This document shows, one piece after another, positions 23,835 through 36,185 of a stretch of 64,000 nucleotides of DNA. This DNA comes from Torpedo marmorata. Taxonomy: Eukaryota. The notes beneath the pieces are model-generated. The model worked only from the letters and a program-made list of their open reading frames with translations. It was not told where the DNA came from and did no database searches. The DNA lies in contig OZ360235.1 in the NCBI GenBank assembly GCA_977017645.1, positions 72,602,001-72,666,000 of the forward strand, in the 5' to 3' direction. The first letter of the stretch is position 1. The number at the start of each line of letters is the position of its first letter. The position numbers and the translations under genes were made by a program.

Positions 23835-24493
23835 ACCAGGGACAACCACCCTCCACTACACATTAATAGCTCGGTAGTGGAGAGAGTAGAGAGCATCAAA
23901 TTCCTCGGAGTCCACTGAAGAAGTGAACTATCCTGGACACATAACATCACCTCACTTATCAACAAGGTTCAACAGCAGCTGCACTTCCTTAGAAGGCTGA
24001 GGAGGGCATGGCTCCCGACCACCATTCTGTCAACTTTCTACAAGAGCTCTGCCAAGAGCGTCCTGGCTGGCTGTATCACAGTGTGGTAGAGAATTGGATC
24101 AGAGGTCAATCCACAGGACCATAAAAATAGCAGAGAGGATTCCTGCCCCTCCCCCTCATCGATGTGAATTACCGAGATCGTTGGTTAAAGAGGGCTCGCA
24201 AAATCAGAGAGGACCCCTCCCACCCCGTGCGCACCATCTTCCATCTACTCATCGGGAAAAAGATACAGAAGTATCAGAGCCAGAAGTCCCAGGCTGAGGA
24301 TCAGCTTCTTCACACGGGCAGTGAGACTCATGAATGACTGATAAAAACAGCTCTCCGTGACTCTACTATTCATTTTATATATATATAAATCATTTGTCTG
24401 TATGTGTGTTTTGCACTGTTCTCCAAAACCTGTTCTACAGGTTGTACTGGCACAATCAAATGACAAATAAATTTGAAACATGAAACTTGACTG
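23835..24493 (+). mobile_element. Second Rex1/Babar-type LINE fragment (different subfamily)
   Basis: VERVESIKFLGVH, NKVQQQLHFLRRL motifs. Tail TGACAAATAAATTTGAAACATGAAACTTGA. Confidence 0.75.
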
Positions 24494-25352
24494 AAAAATG
24501 TGTGGAACAAGGTTGAGAGCTATTTCAGCCAATTCAGCAAGCATTCGACATCTGATACTTTTCCACTATTGCAGTCGTGCACTTGTTTGGTGGCTAAAGT
24601 TGGGCAATGAATGTTTATTTTAAATCAGCAAAAAATGGAAAATACGTGTTTCTAATCTTGTTAAAATGCTTGTTATAATTGGAATTTAAAAAAATATATT
24701 TATGTTGATTTTTTTTTTTTGTTTAAGATGGAATTTAGTTTTGTGCCAAACTATTATTTTAGACTAAGCTGAGGGTAGGTAAAAATGATTTTTCCAATTT
24801 TTAAATGATAAATAAGATTTGGCTGATGCTTTCTTCACAGCTCAATATGAAGAGGAATTAATAAATGGAAATATGAATGTAAAACCTATAATCTTTCCTA
24901 TTGCACATACAAGCTTTCGCTCATGATCGCTTGTTTATGCCGAGGTGGGAGAAGTGGAACAGTTGTTCCATGTGCTTAGCAGCTGTTTGAGATTGCATTT
25001 TGTTTGAGTGTATGTGAATTTCACTCCAGTTGCATCCATGAGTTGTGGGCTCATATCTACTATAGTAAACTTTACCCAGTTTTCTTCTTTAGATGTTAAA
25101 ATAGTTTGTATAATTGTCAAAAGAAAGCAAAGTATTGAAAAGAAGGGTGCTGTCAGCAATTTACTAAATATTTCTATTGCGTTGGGGTGCAGTGTTTTAT
25201 TTGACCTGTGCAAATATAGTTTTCCATGCACTTATACATATTAGGGAACTTCAAGAACAAGTAATCCTCCTTTGGTTTATTGTACCTTTCATTCATGAAA
25301 TGTGAATAGAGATATGATACTGTAATCCGTCTTTCAAATTGTATCCTTGCAG

Positions 25353-25402
25353 ACATTACACTACAGTGGCTTATTCAGCACTCCAAATCGAGGCGTTGCT
25401 GA
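25353..25402 (+). CDS. ARL8: ARL8-family GTPase, last coding exon
   Basis: Acceptor CCTTGCAG, then (D)ITLQWLIQHSKSRRC and TGA at 25400-25402. Matches the ARL8 C-terminus DITLQWLIQHSKSRRS. Confidence 0.95.
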
Positions 25403-26545
25403 GATTGGTTTTGTTCAGCAGAAGATCAAAAACAGCCTATCCATCCGAAATACCTTGGAAGAAAGTTTGGAAGAGCAAAACCTAACTCAGCTGGGACTGA
25501 GTCTTTCAACCCCCAGTTCCTGTTAATATGGACCTCTTAAAAATTTCCTCTTTCTGTTCCTCTGACTTCAAGCCATTTTCTACATTTAAAAAGAAAATTT
25601 ATTTGTGCCATTCAGCAGTAATGCAGAGTAATCACAAACCATGTATGAAAGGCCCAGGCATGTGGCTTCATCATTTGAGTGATGTCTGTTTTTAAAAAAA
25701 ATGCAAACAGCCTATACCCTATTTAACAGGGTGCTTCTCTGGTTGTGTATATTTTTTATTTTGCATGCGATACAATGCATTCTTTTCTGTGAAGGATCAT
25801 ACATGCTCAGCTCTATTTAAAATAACTTTATTATTTGAATATCAGTGAAGACAATGCTGCTGCTATACTAAAAATAAATACATGGAGACAGAGTGTGTAT
25901 TTGTGAGCAGGCTAGCAAGATTCTGCTGATTAGGAGGGATGTTTTCACTCCCCTTTTGACAGAGATATGCATTGCATTCTAATACTGACACGGTTGATAG
26001 ACCTTAAATGCTTTTATTCTTTAGCAGTGTTTGCGTTCATGGCTCATCAGGAAATCCTGAGATTGTTTTGCCATATTTAAATTTCTTTACACTTTTAAAC
26101 TATTTACTTTTGTAGAGATGTAAAAGAAATGAGTTGAAATTGAATTGAAAGAAATTGAAGGTTGATTTTAATGCATGCAATGATTTGTACCATTCCCAGT
26201 TTCATCTTGTATTCTGCAGGCGTTGTTGCGAGTGAAACATGTGGCAGATCTACTATTAATGTTTTAATAGATACAGGACACTTCTCAATTAAATATAGGA
26301 TGGGTCACCTCAGTTGTATCAGAGGAAGAGCAAACTTGAACAGTATCAGATGGTGATATGAAAACCAGTGTGATTCTCAGACACAGTCAACCAATTCCAA
26401 ATTGGTGAATTACAGAGTGAGCAGGATGTTTTCCAATGTTTTCATATCAGCATGGTCTTTACATGAGAAAACACAACAACATTCAAACAAGATTGAACCA
26501 TGTCTGAGTTATTTTACAGTAATAAACATATTGCTGTCCTCTTCA
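25403..26545 (+). other. Probable ARL8 3' UTR (end uncertain)
   Basis: Repeat-free AT-rich sequence after the stop codon. Candidate AATAAA at 25873 and 26521. Confidence 0.45.
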
Positions 26546-26699
26546 CATTACTGTCCCTTCATTCCCTGGTAACTTTTGAAAGCACAATTAATGGTAACCT
26601 TATCTAATGCACATGAGTTGCCTAGCACTTGAATTTAGTGCCTCTGATTATTTTTCTGTCCTTAGTCATTTTGGAACAAATGCTGATGACCAGAAACTA

Positions 26700-26870
26700 A
26701 AAGCAAAAAAAAAAAAAAAAACTGCTGGAGGTTCTCTGATTATCGGTGAAGGAAGAAACTATCAATGTTTTGGGTTGAGATCCAGCATCAGGGCTGCTCC
26801 ACAGATGATGCTGAGGTCCTCCAGCAGTTTGTTTTGAACTCCAGATTCCAGCATCTGCACTCTCTTGCAC
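26700..26870. mobile_element. Pair of inverted PLE terminal fragments
   Basis: AAACTGCTGGAGG ... CCTCCAGCAGTTT in opposite orientations. Degenerate hammerhead core CTGATG...AAAACATT on minus at ~26764-26792. Confidence 0.55.
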
Positions 26871-29554
26871 CACCAATAGGTAAAATCCTTGTTGACAATG
26901 TAAACACCAATTATTGTATAGGTGTATGAAACAGCTGTCAATCAACAGCAAAATGTGTGAATTCAATGCCTTATGAAATCTTTAGTTTTATCTTTCTCGT
27001 CCACCTTCGTACTGATGCATTTGATTTAAGATCTTTCACCTGGTTTTGGTTGTGTTGGATGAGGTAAAAGTATTGGCCTGTGCTCCAGAAGAGCTAAATT
27101 CTTTAAACAGCTGAGCAAGGAGTGCTTTGGTTTTTCTAATCCAAAATACAGAATCTTTGACAATTCCCTTAGCATTACACTGAAGTATGAAACTGGAATG
27201 TGTTTAGTTGGAGTGGCCTTTTAAACCTATAGATGTACTGAACACAGCAGCTCAATGAAGTGAAAGATATTTACCAATTTTAAAAGAGAGAAGGGAAAGG
27301 TAACTGAAAATAGTTTCTGGTGCCAGCATTTCCATTTCTGAAGCTGAATAATGAAATATGTTTCTGTTCAATAAACAGAATTTCTTCATTATTTTCCAAG
27401 AGTATATAATGATTGCCAATAGTCTTTAAATAATAATTTGACTTTATGCTTGCATCACCATAAAATTTTAAACAAGGCATGATTTTATATTTTATAGAGT
27501 TTTCATTTATTCAATGTGTCCTTGGCTATATTTTAATGCTTTGGTTTACAGAAGAAGATAAAATCTCATTAAATGTGCAAAATCAGAGCTGTTGAAATAT
27601 ATACCGTAAATAATAGCTAACAATGTTGAGAAACTTTCTTTTTGTTTTTGAGGGGTAGAAGCTAATTTGTAGGACCTAAGTAGAAAGTTGAGGTTTATGT
27701 CATTTATAAGATTAAAATAGGATGTATTTAACTAACTTTATTCAATAGGTCAATCACCTTTTTTCAATTTAGCAATTAAATACATTTCATGACTTAATTG
27801 TAGCATTACAACAATTCCATGAAGCCATAAACATCTCCAACTCTTCAGTGTAAATTCCCTGTTGTAATTGAAATTTAACTGTAATATTACTAGGTGCTGT
27901 AGCATGTCAGCTTTAAACAATACACCAGTAAAATGCTGGGTTTAGTACTTATGTTGTTCTTTGAAGTCTGCATGTTGTTTCTGTAGGAGGATCACATATC
28001 CCATGTCCTCTCATTACATCAGTATAGAACATATTTAGATCATTTATGAGACATGTATAATAACTATATAAAAATAGACCTCTAAGCTCTACTTGTTCAG
28101 TATATTTTAAAACAATTATTGATTATTAGTAAATTAGCTTTGCAACTATTGTGCACATGGTTATACTCTATTTAAAATTGTGGATTTCATTGTTTTTCTT
28201 TCTCAATAGAACCACAAGCATTCAATCTAATCTAGTATATTGATGTAACGATATCAGTCTAATTCATTGTTCCTGTTCCAGCTCTTCTGAAATATGCTTC
28301 TCAAAATTCCAATCACTTTTTGATTTTTTTTCTCTGAAATAGCTTTAACATTCAATTCTTTCTGCTTGAATATTTACTATGTACTCTGTCACACTGCTTC
28401 AGTGTGTTTTGTTTAATCTTCAGGTAACTAAGATATCAAAATATTTGTAAACAAAAACACCATTTATTCAGAGAGAAGGGAATAGAGGGGCTTGTACAAG
28501 GAGGCTTTGGGGAAGTAAGGCTCGAGGTGGCTTGTGGAGCACAAGCTCTATCAGGGAACCATTTGGGCCAAATAGCCTGTTAGCTCTTAATTCTCTCTTG
28601 TTTGTCCAGCACTGGGCACTTAGACCACACTCAACCAACTGTTTTCTTTTTGTGGTGTATAATTCTAACCAAGATTCTAAGCCTAGTAAAATCAGTAGGC
28701 ACCACCTAATTTTTAATCAGATTCTGTATCGAAAAGGTGAATTTATGATGCTCAATATTGTTTATATGTATATGCAGCTGGAATATGCCTGGGTACTTCA
28801 CACTGTTACTAACTGGAACAACGTTTTTTTTTTAAAATACAGTAATTTTTATTTCCTTTATAGTTGTGGTAGAAAAGGTTTGTGTACTTCGCAAACTAAA
28901 CTTAAAAATTCTGATATCATAATGAAATGTAATGTTATTAAAATGAGATGAATCTGAATCAGTTTTGTTACAAATGGAGACTGGATTCTTGTAGTTGATC
29001 GCTTCAGTTCCAAAAATCTGTATATTTCACAGGATTTGTCAAATACAGATGGCAAATGTTTAGTCAGTGGAAACAAACACATTCAGAATAAGATGGTGAA
29101 TTTATGGAACTGTAGATTAGATGAGAATATATTCTGCTATTTTCCAGGATCTTTTATTGTGAAACTGAATGAGTTTGTTTTATCAGTATGGTTTAACATC
29201 ATATATTCACTGCTCAGTTTTTTGTAAGTGCAGGTAGACTGTTTGTATACAGTATGGTAATACAGTCTTATTGTTCAGATGACAAATCACTGACTTTTTC
29301 TGTCATCTAAACTCTTAGCAAAGTTCAAGGAGAGCTGAGAATCCTGAAATGATGTCAGCTGTAGACAACAAATTCACATTTCTGATTGGCATGGTGAATG
29401 TACATTGGGGCCACAGATTACATTTCTATTCTTTCCATTTCTTAGATGAAATTATTCATCTAGGGTATTATATTAAACCAAATAAATTGCACATTGAATA
29501 TTTACCATACGAGTCTTGGAAATCATCCAAACATTCCAGAAGACTCTTGAACAT

Positions 29555-30250
29555 AAGAAATGTGAGCAGGAGACAGTGACATGGCTCTCTGAGCCTGCTC
29601 CCCAATTCATAAATCATCACTGATTTGATCTTGGCCTCAGCTCCTCTCCTTTCTCTTAACCCTTGAATCTCAATAGAACAAAATTCTGTCTTGGCCTTGA
29701 ACATATTGAATGACAGGCTCCATGGCCCTCTTTGGGGAGAGAATTTCATAGACTCACAACCCTATGACAAGAAAACCTTCCTCATCTCTGTCTTAAGTGG
29801 GCACCCCCTTATTCTGAAGTTTTGCCTCCTGGTTTTAGATTTCTCCATGAAGGGATATATCTCAGCTACTGTCCATCAGAATATTATATACTTTGACAAG
29901 AATATCTCTCTTCTAAACTTCAATGAGTATAGACTCAGTTTAATCTGGTTCCTCAGAAGTCAAACCCCCAACCCAGAAATTAACCAATTAAACCTCTGAG
30001 CTGTCTCCGAAATGTATCACTCTACAGCAGCATTCAGTAAACCCATTTGTTTTTTTTTCTCGATTCTTCGAACAAAATGGACAACATGTTCCCCCATTAT
30101 ATTTCATCTGTATATTTTTTGCCCATTCACTTAGCTTGTATACCTTTGCAGACTCATTGTGTCCACCAAAGTTTCTTACTTCGTATCAGAAAACTTGGCT
30201 GCACTCTGTTCCTTCATTAATGTTAATGTCTTTAATGTAGATTACACATC
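29555..30250 (-). mobile_element. Old CR1 fragment
   Basis: Reverse complement of CR1 3' motifs (ORF 29468-29749 NMFKAK...KIKSVMI; TTCCTCATCTCTGTCTTAAGTGG). Confidence 0.6.
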
Positions 30251-32189
30251 TTCTCAGGCAACCCTTTGGAATCGAGGATGATTTGCCACCACTCCAATTT
30301 TATTTTGGCATGGGGTTACTGTTGCATATGAGCTAACGTGTGTTCTCAATAGTGCAAGGTTTGGTTTTGTATCCAAGCACATGCTCATGCACTCTGGCCA
30401 ACCCAAGTCACTGACATCCTTTTCCTGATCCTTGTTAAAGCTTGTCAACCTGAAAATGCCAAGCCAATACCCTCTCTATGCTGATGCCTTACCAAGGTCC
30501 ACTACCACCTTCAAGCTCTTACTTTATCTAGTATCATTCACGTGGCACCTTAGCAAATGTCTTTTGAAATTAAAAATACGGTACATGTGCTTTTTTTTTT
30601 TAATCACCCTACTTGTTATATCCCCAATTTGACAGAAAAGAAAGTCATTCCTGAAGCCCATGTATTGTAGTGTTTTTAATCTTCTGTACTTTAGTTTTAA
30701 ATGGCTGCTGGATATGGTCAGCAGCATGAAGAGAATAAATAAAGCATTATAAGACACAGAATGAAACTGTGTTAACATGTGTAATGCATACATTTCTATT
30801 TAATCCATTGGAATTCTCAAATCAGAAGAATATGGAAGTCCTGAACCTTCTGCAATGATGAGTGTGGCAGCACCAGTACAAAAGTCTTCACACTATTCCA
30901 GTTATGAACAATAAGGTTTTAATAAGAAATAAATATATGGATTAGGTTCTGCTTGTGCTGTCTGACACAAAAAATGTACAGATTTAAACTGTGGCCTTAG
31001 CTTAGCATGTTTACAGTCTCTAATGTAAGTACTTGTTTTATTCTCTGTACTGAAGCCAAAATTGTAGAGATTTTTAACTAAGTATTGTAATAACCCAGTG
31101 ACACATGGCTGTTATCGAACAATATTGTGAAAAAATATATATACCGGTACTTCAAATAAATTCACAACAGTACAGTATTAAATTTTAACTTGTGTGATTA
31201 ACATCTGTTGGAGAAACAATGTTCTTAAGAGCAGTACAAAAACAGTTCAGATCTATGAGGATGTTTGCAGCTCAAATGCTAGTTTCACAATTCACGTCCA
31301 ATTATGTAATAAAATTAGTCTCAGAACAGTCAAACATTAAAAAATGAATATCCATACAATTCTTTCATCTGGAATTACAAACTAACATTCAACATATTAA
31401 AGTGAAAGTATGGCCCTCAGTGATGGGGTTTTAATTGATTTAAAAATCACAATGTCCACAAAATGTGGCGAATTACAAATACTGTGAAGTATATAAAACA
31501 CATGTTATGGTGCAGTGGAAGGAATAGTGCTTCCATTATTTACTTTCAGAAATGTGCTCACCTTGACTTTGATTCACATTGGTCATTTTGGGTCCAATCA
31601 TCTTTCCTCATCAATGAGGTGTTTAAAAAAAAGTCTGCTAGCAGCTTTCTGGTTGACTAAAATACTGTTCGGATTTTGTAAAATAGTTGATTGTTTTTGG
31701 AAATTCTTTGTGATGTCAATATGCCAGTGAGTAAATGTTTTTCAAATTGGGATTCAAATTGCAATGATCTTTATGTAGTGGCTATTTTTAAAAGCTGAAC
31801 CCATTCATTCAATGTGAGTTTTACACCGCCACTGCAAGCATTGTTTGATGTTGAATTAATGATAATCTGATCATTTATACTGCAAGTACAGAACTAGGAG
31901 CAGATTCTGGAATTGGAACCACAACACGCATGATCTTTACACCTTGTAGGCCATGGGAACGGACCTTGAGTGAATGAACAGCGAGCAATTACAACTGGAA
32001 GGTTCATACCAGTGAAAGATGACAACATGCCTCCATTGGAAGCCGGGCTTAATCGGTTTGCTGATAGCTAATAGTTATCAATCTTACCAAAGCTAAAATA
32101 TCTAACCATGACTCTTCATCGCCTATTAAACTATATTCCATGGTTATCAAAATTTCCATTCGTATTAAAAAATAAGATGATTGGTTCAG

Positions 32190-33550
<1,361 letters not shown>

Positions 33551-34145
33551 CCTTAAAGCTGCATGCATACAATCTCCCTCCCCCAGCCATTCAAATCACA
33601 ATCTCTCCAATAAGACAGAACTTCCCCTATTTAAAACCGCTGCTCTCATTATGTTTAAGCTTCGACATTAGGGCAGTATTCTCCCACAGTTTGCGATGTT
33701 TTCGTATTCCCACCCACTTCAAACCTACATGAAAAAGTCACCCATCCCCCTTCCACCGTTTGACCGTCCACCCGGCTATCACAACAGCAGAAGCATGAAT
33801 CATAATTATGTGATGCTAAATCCCCAGGATCGCCGAAAATATCACCACCACCCCCCCCCTCACCATCTCCTAGTGATGTATGGATTTAAATTCATCTTTT
33901 CAGCATTCACTGGTTAACAATTTTCGATCGGCCTGCAGTCAGGAGCACGATGTAAACCCAAACAACGCAAGAAGCATTTACATTAAATCGGTGTTTGTAT
34001 TAAGATTGAAATATGCATGGCAGGAATTACCGTTGCTGATATTAACTAATCCACGCTGAACGTTTATCTGTTAATTGAACTCAGAATGTTTCAAAATCTT
34101 CGTTAAAAACACCCAGTGTTATAAAACCAGTTTATGAGTTTGCGT

Positions 34146-34261
34146 AAAAAACACAAATGCTGGAGAACTCAGCAGGTCAAACAGTGTAGCAAAGGTAGAA
34201 ATACATAACCGACGTTTCGGGCTTGAGCCCTTCATCAAAGTATGAGAAAATGCCGGCAGGC
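34146..34261 (-). mobile_element. 116-bp PLE-end insertion with minimal hammerhead-like motif
   Basis: TSD AGTTTGCGT / AGTTTGCTT (34137-45, 34262-70). Near-identical to 51203-51329. Confidence 0.82.
34204..34244 (-). ncRNA. Putative minimal type I hammerhead ribozyme (PLE-associated)
   Basis: CATACT-TTGATGA-A-GGGC TCAA GCCC-GAAA-CGTC^GGTTATG: core boxes (C3 is U), stem II hairpin, palindromic ACGT stem III, bulged stem I. Confidence 0.6.
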
Positions 34262-34423
34262 AGTTTGCTTGTTAGCTTCCAGATTTTTTTCTCCCCCCAC
34301 AATTTGGAGAACAGAAGCGCACAAAAAAATCCATTTAAAAGTCGGATTGGCAACTCAGCAAGTGCTTTCAGAAAACTGTTCTGATTGAGAGTCACGGAGC
34401 ATGGTGCAGCAATTAAGCCATTG

Positions 34424-35181
34424 CACTGGAGAACAATTTTTTTCAGAAGGTTTGCTTCCTGAAAAAAAAAGGGGGATTATGTTAGACAACTTCAAGCTGA
34501 ACACAAAGATAATTTCAGATTTGCTGTATCGCGTAGGAAGTTGGAGAAACATTAAATTAACTTTCAGTGAATTTAGCATGTTTAATCGTACTGACCTAAA
34601 AATGTTTTGCTGCTGATTTTCGTTTGAACTCAGCATCTGATGCCTCTCTTGTCAGTGTCCAACAATAGTCAGCCAGCATTGATGGATTCCTGTTGCCCTG
34701 ATACTGCTTTTCCATGGTCGCGATGTCCTGGTGAAACCTTTCACCATGTTCGTCACTGACTGCACCAAGATCAGCAGGGAAGAAGTCCAAGGGCAAATGC
34801 AGAAAATGAATTTTCAATGACATGTTGCACTTCATGGATTTTTTATGCTGGAAGCATGCTGTCAATCAGCTGGATGTAGTTTGGTGCTCTGTAGTTGCCA
34901 AGAACATTCTCAATAACATTTTTAAATTCCTTCCAAGCATGCCCAGGCCTAAAACAACATTTGCATAGCACCTGCACTGAGTAGCACTTGGACTGACCAA
35001 AACAGCTTGCTTTGTGGGCAATATACTAGTCGACAAAATATGACAGGAAATCACAAAAATAGGTTATATCTAAAAAAAAGTATGTGATAGGAATTTTTTA
35101 GGATGATTTTTGTGATCAACAGCCCAAATCCATAAAATACACCCAAAAGTGTTCAGGAAGGAAAATCTTCATTGTCCAGTG
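34424..35181 (-). mobile_element. Non-autonomous Chapaev3-type element, copy 2
   Basis: CACTGGA...TTGTCCAGTG termini. ORF 34596-34865 CNMSLKIHFLH..DFFPADLGAVSDEHGERFHQDI. Confidence 0.78.
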
Positions 35182-35559
35182 TTATGGGATCATTCTGTCG
35201 ACTTTCTGTACTTGCAGACTTTATCTTATTTTGTGTTAATAAAATGTGAAATGCTTCAAAGTGTCTCAAGGTGATATTGCTGCTGGTTTATGGTTTTGGA
35301 TGTTGTGTTCAGATGTGGTTTTCTGGTGAAGAGGTTATCTAGATTCGCTCTGGACAGTCTCTCCAGGTCCCACTGTTGTGTCCATGGGGTCTAATATCCC
35401 CCAGGATTACACCATCTAGCTCATGAACAATGGTCATCCCCAATCTCAGCCTGGCACCGAGAGACCAGGGACTGTGTTTAGCTTGGCCTGACTTTTTTGA
35501 CCCATCTTGAAATTCAGGGCCATACCCAGCTCTAGAAACAACGTGCAATGTGTTCTGTT

Positions 35560-36185
35560 CTTATTGTGTAACACTAGCACCCATTACTGGTGGACATGGA
35601 CGTTACTATATAGTGCTGAAGTACAGTACTGGTGAACATGGGTGTGTCACTGAACAATACTGGGCTGCAGTATTAATGAAGACAAGCTTGCCACGATATA
35701 ATGCTGAGCTACAGCATTGGAGGGCATGGCTGTCACCGTGATGTAATGCCAGTGAGCACAGATCAGTTACTCTATTACTACTGGGCATAGATCTGTCATT
35801 GTATAATTCTGGTATACAGTATTGGTTAGGTAGTGGGGTTTACAACGAAACAGCATGGTGGGTAAAGTTCCATCACTGAGCAACAGTACTTTTTGTCACA
35901 GACCAACCATTGTAACACACAGGGGTACATTTATTGTGGGCACAGGTCTACCACAGTACAACATGGGTACAGTATAATGGATATAAGTCTGTATACAAAT
36001 ACTGGTGGGCATAAACATAGCACAGTATCATGCAGTGGTACATTGTGGCATAGGTCTGTGATGGTATATCACAAGCGTACATTAATTGTGGGCACAGGGC
36101 TTTCCCCGTAACACTGGGTAAAATACTACAATACTGGTGGTGGATGCATTGCTGTCATTGTATAGCACTGGGGTACAGATTTGGT
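35560..36185. repeat. Highly degenerate minisatellite (~40-45 bp unit)
   Basis: Recurrent ACTGGTGG(G/A)CATGG...TGTCA(C/T)TGTATAA(C/T)ACTGGGGTACAGT-like units. Confidence 0.55.

Noticed and set aside
25341-25348. GTATCCTT resembling a U12 5' splice site just before the last ARL8 exon
   Set aside because: It lies within the acceptor pyrimidine tract of an ordinary GT-AG intron, and the exons splice in frame without it.
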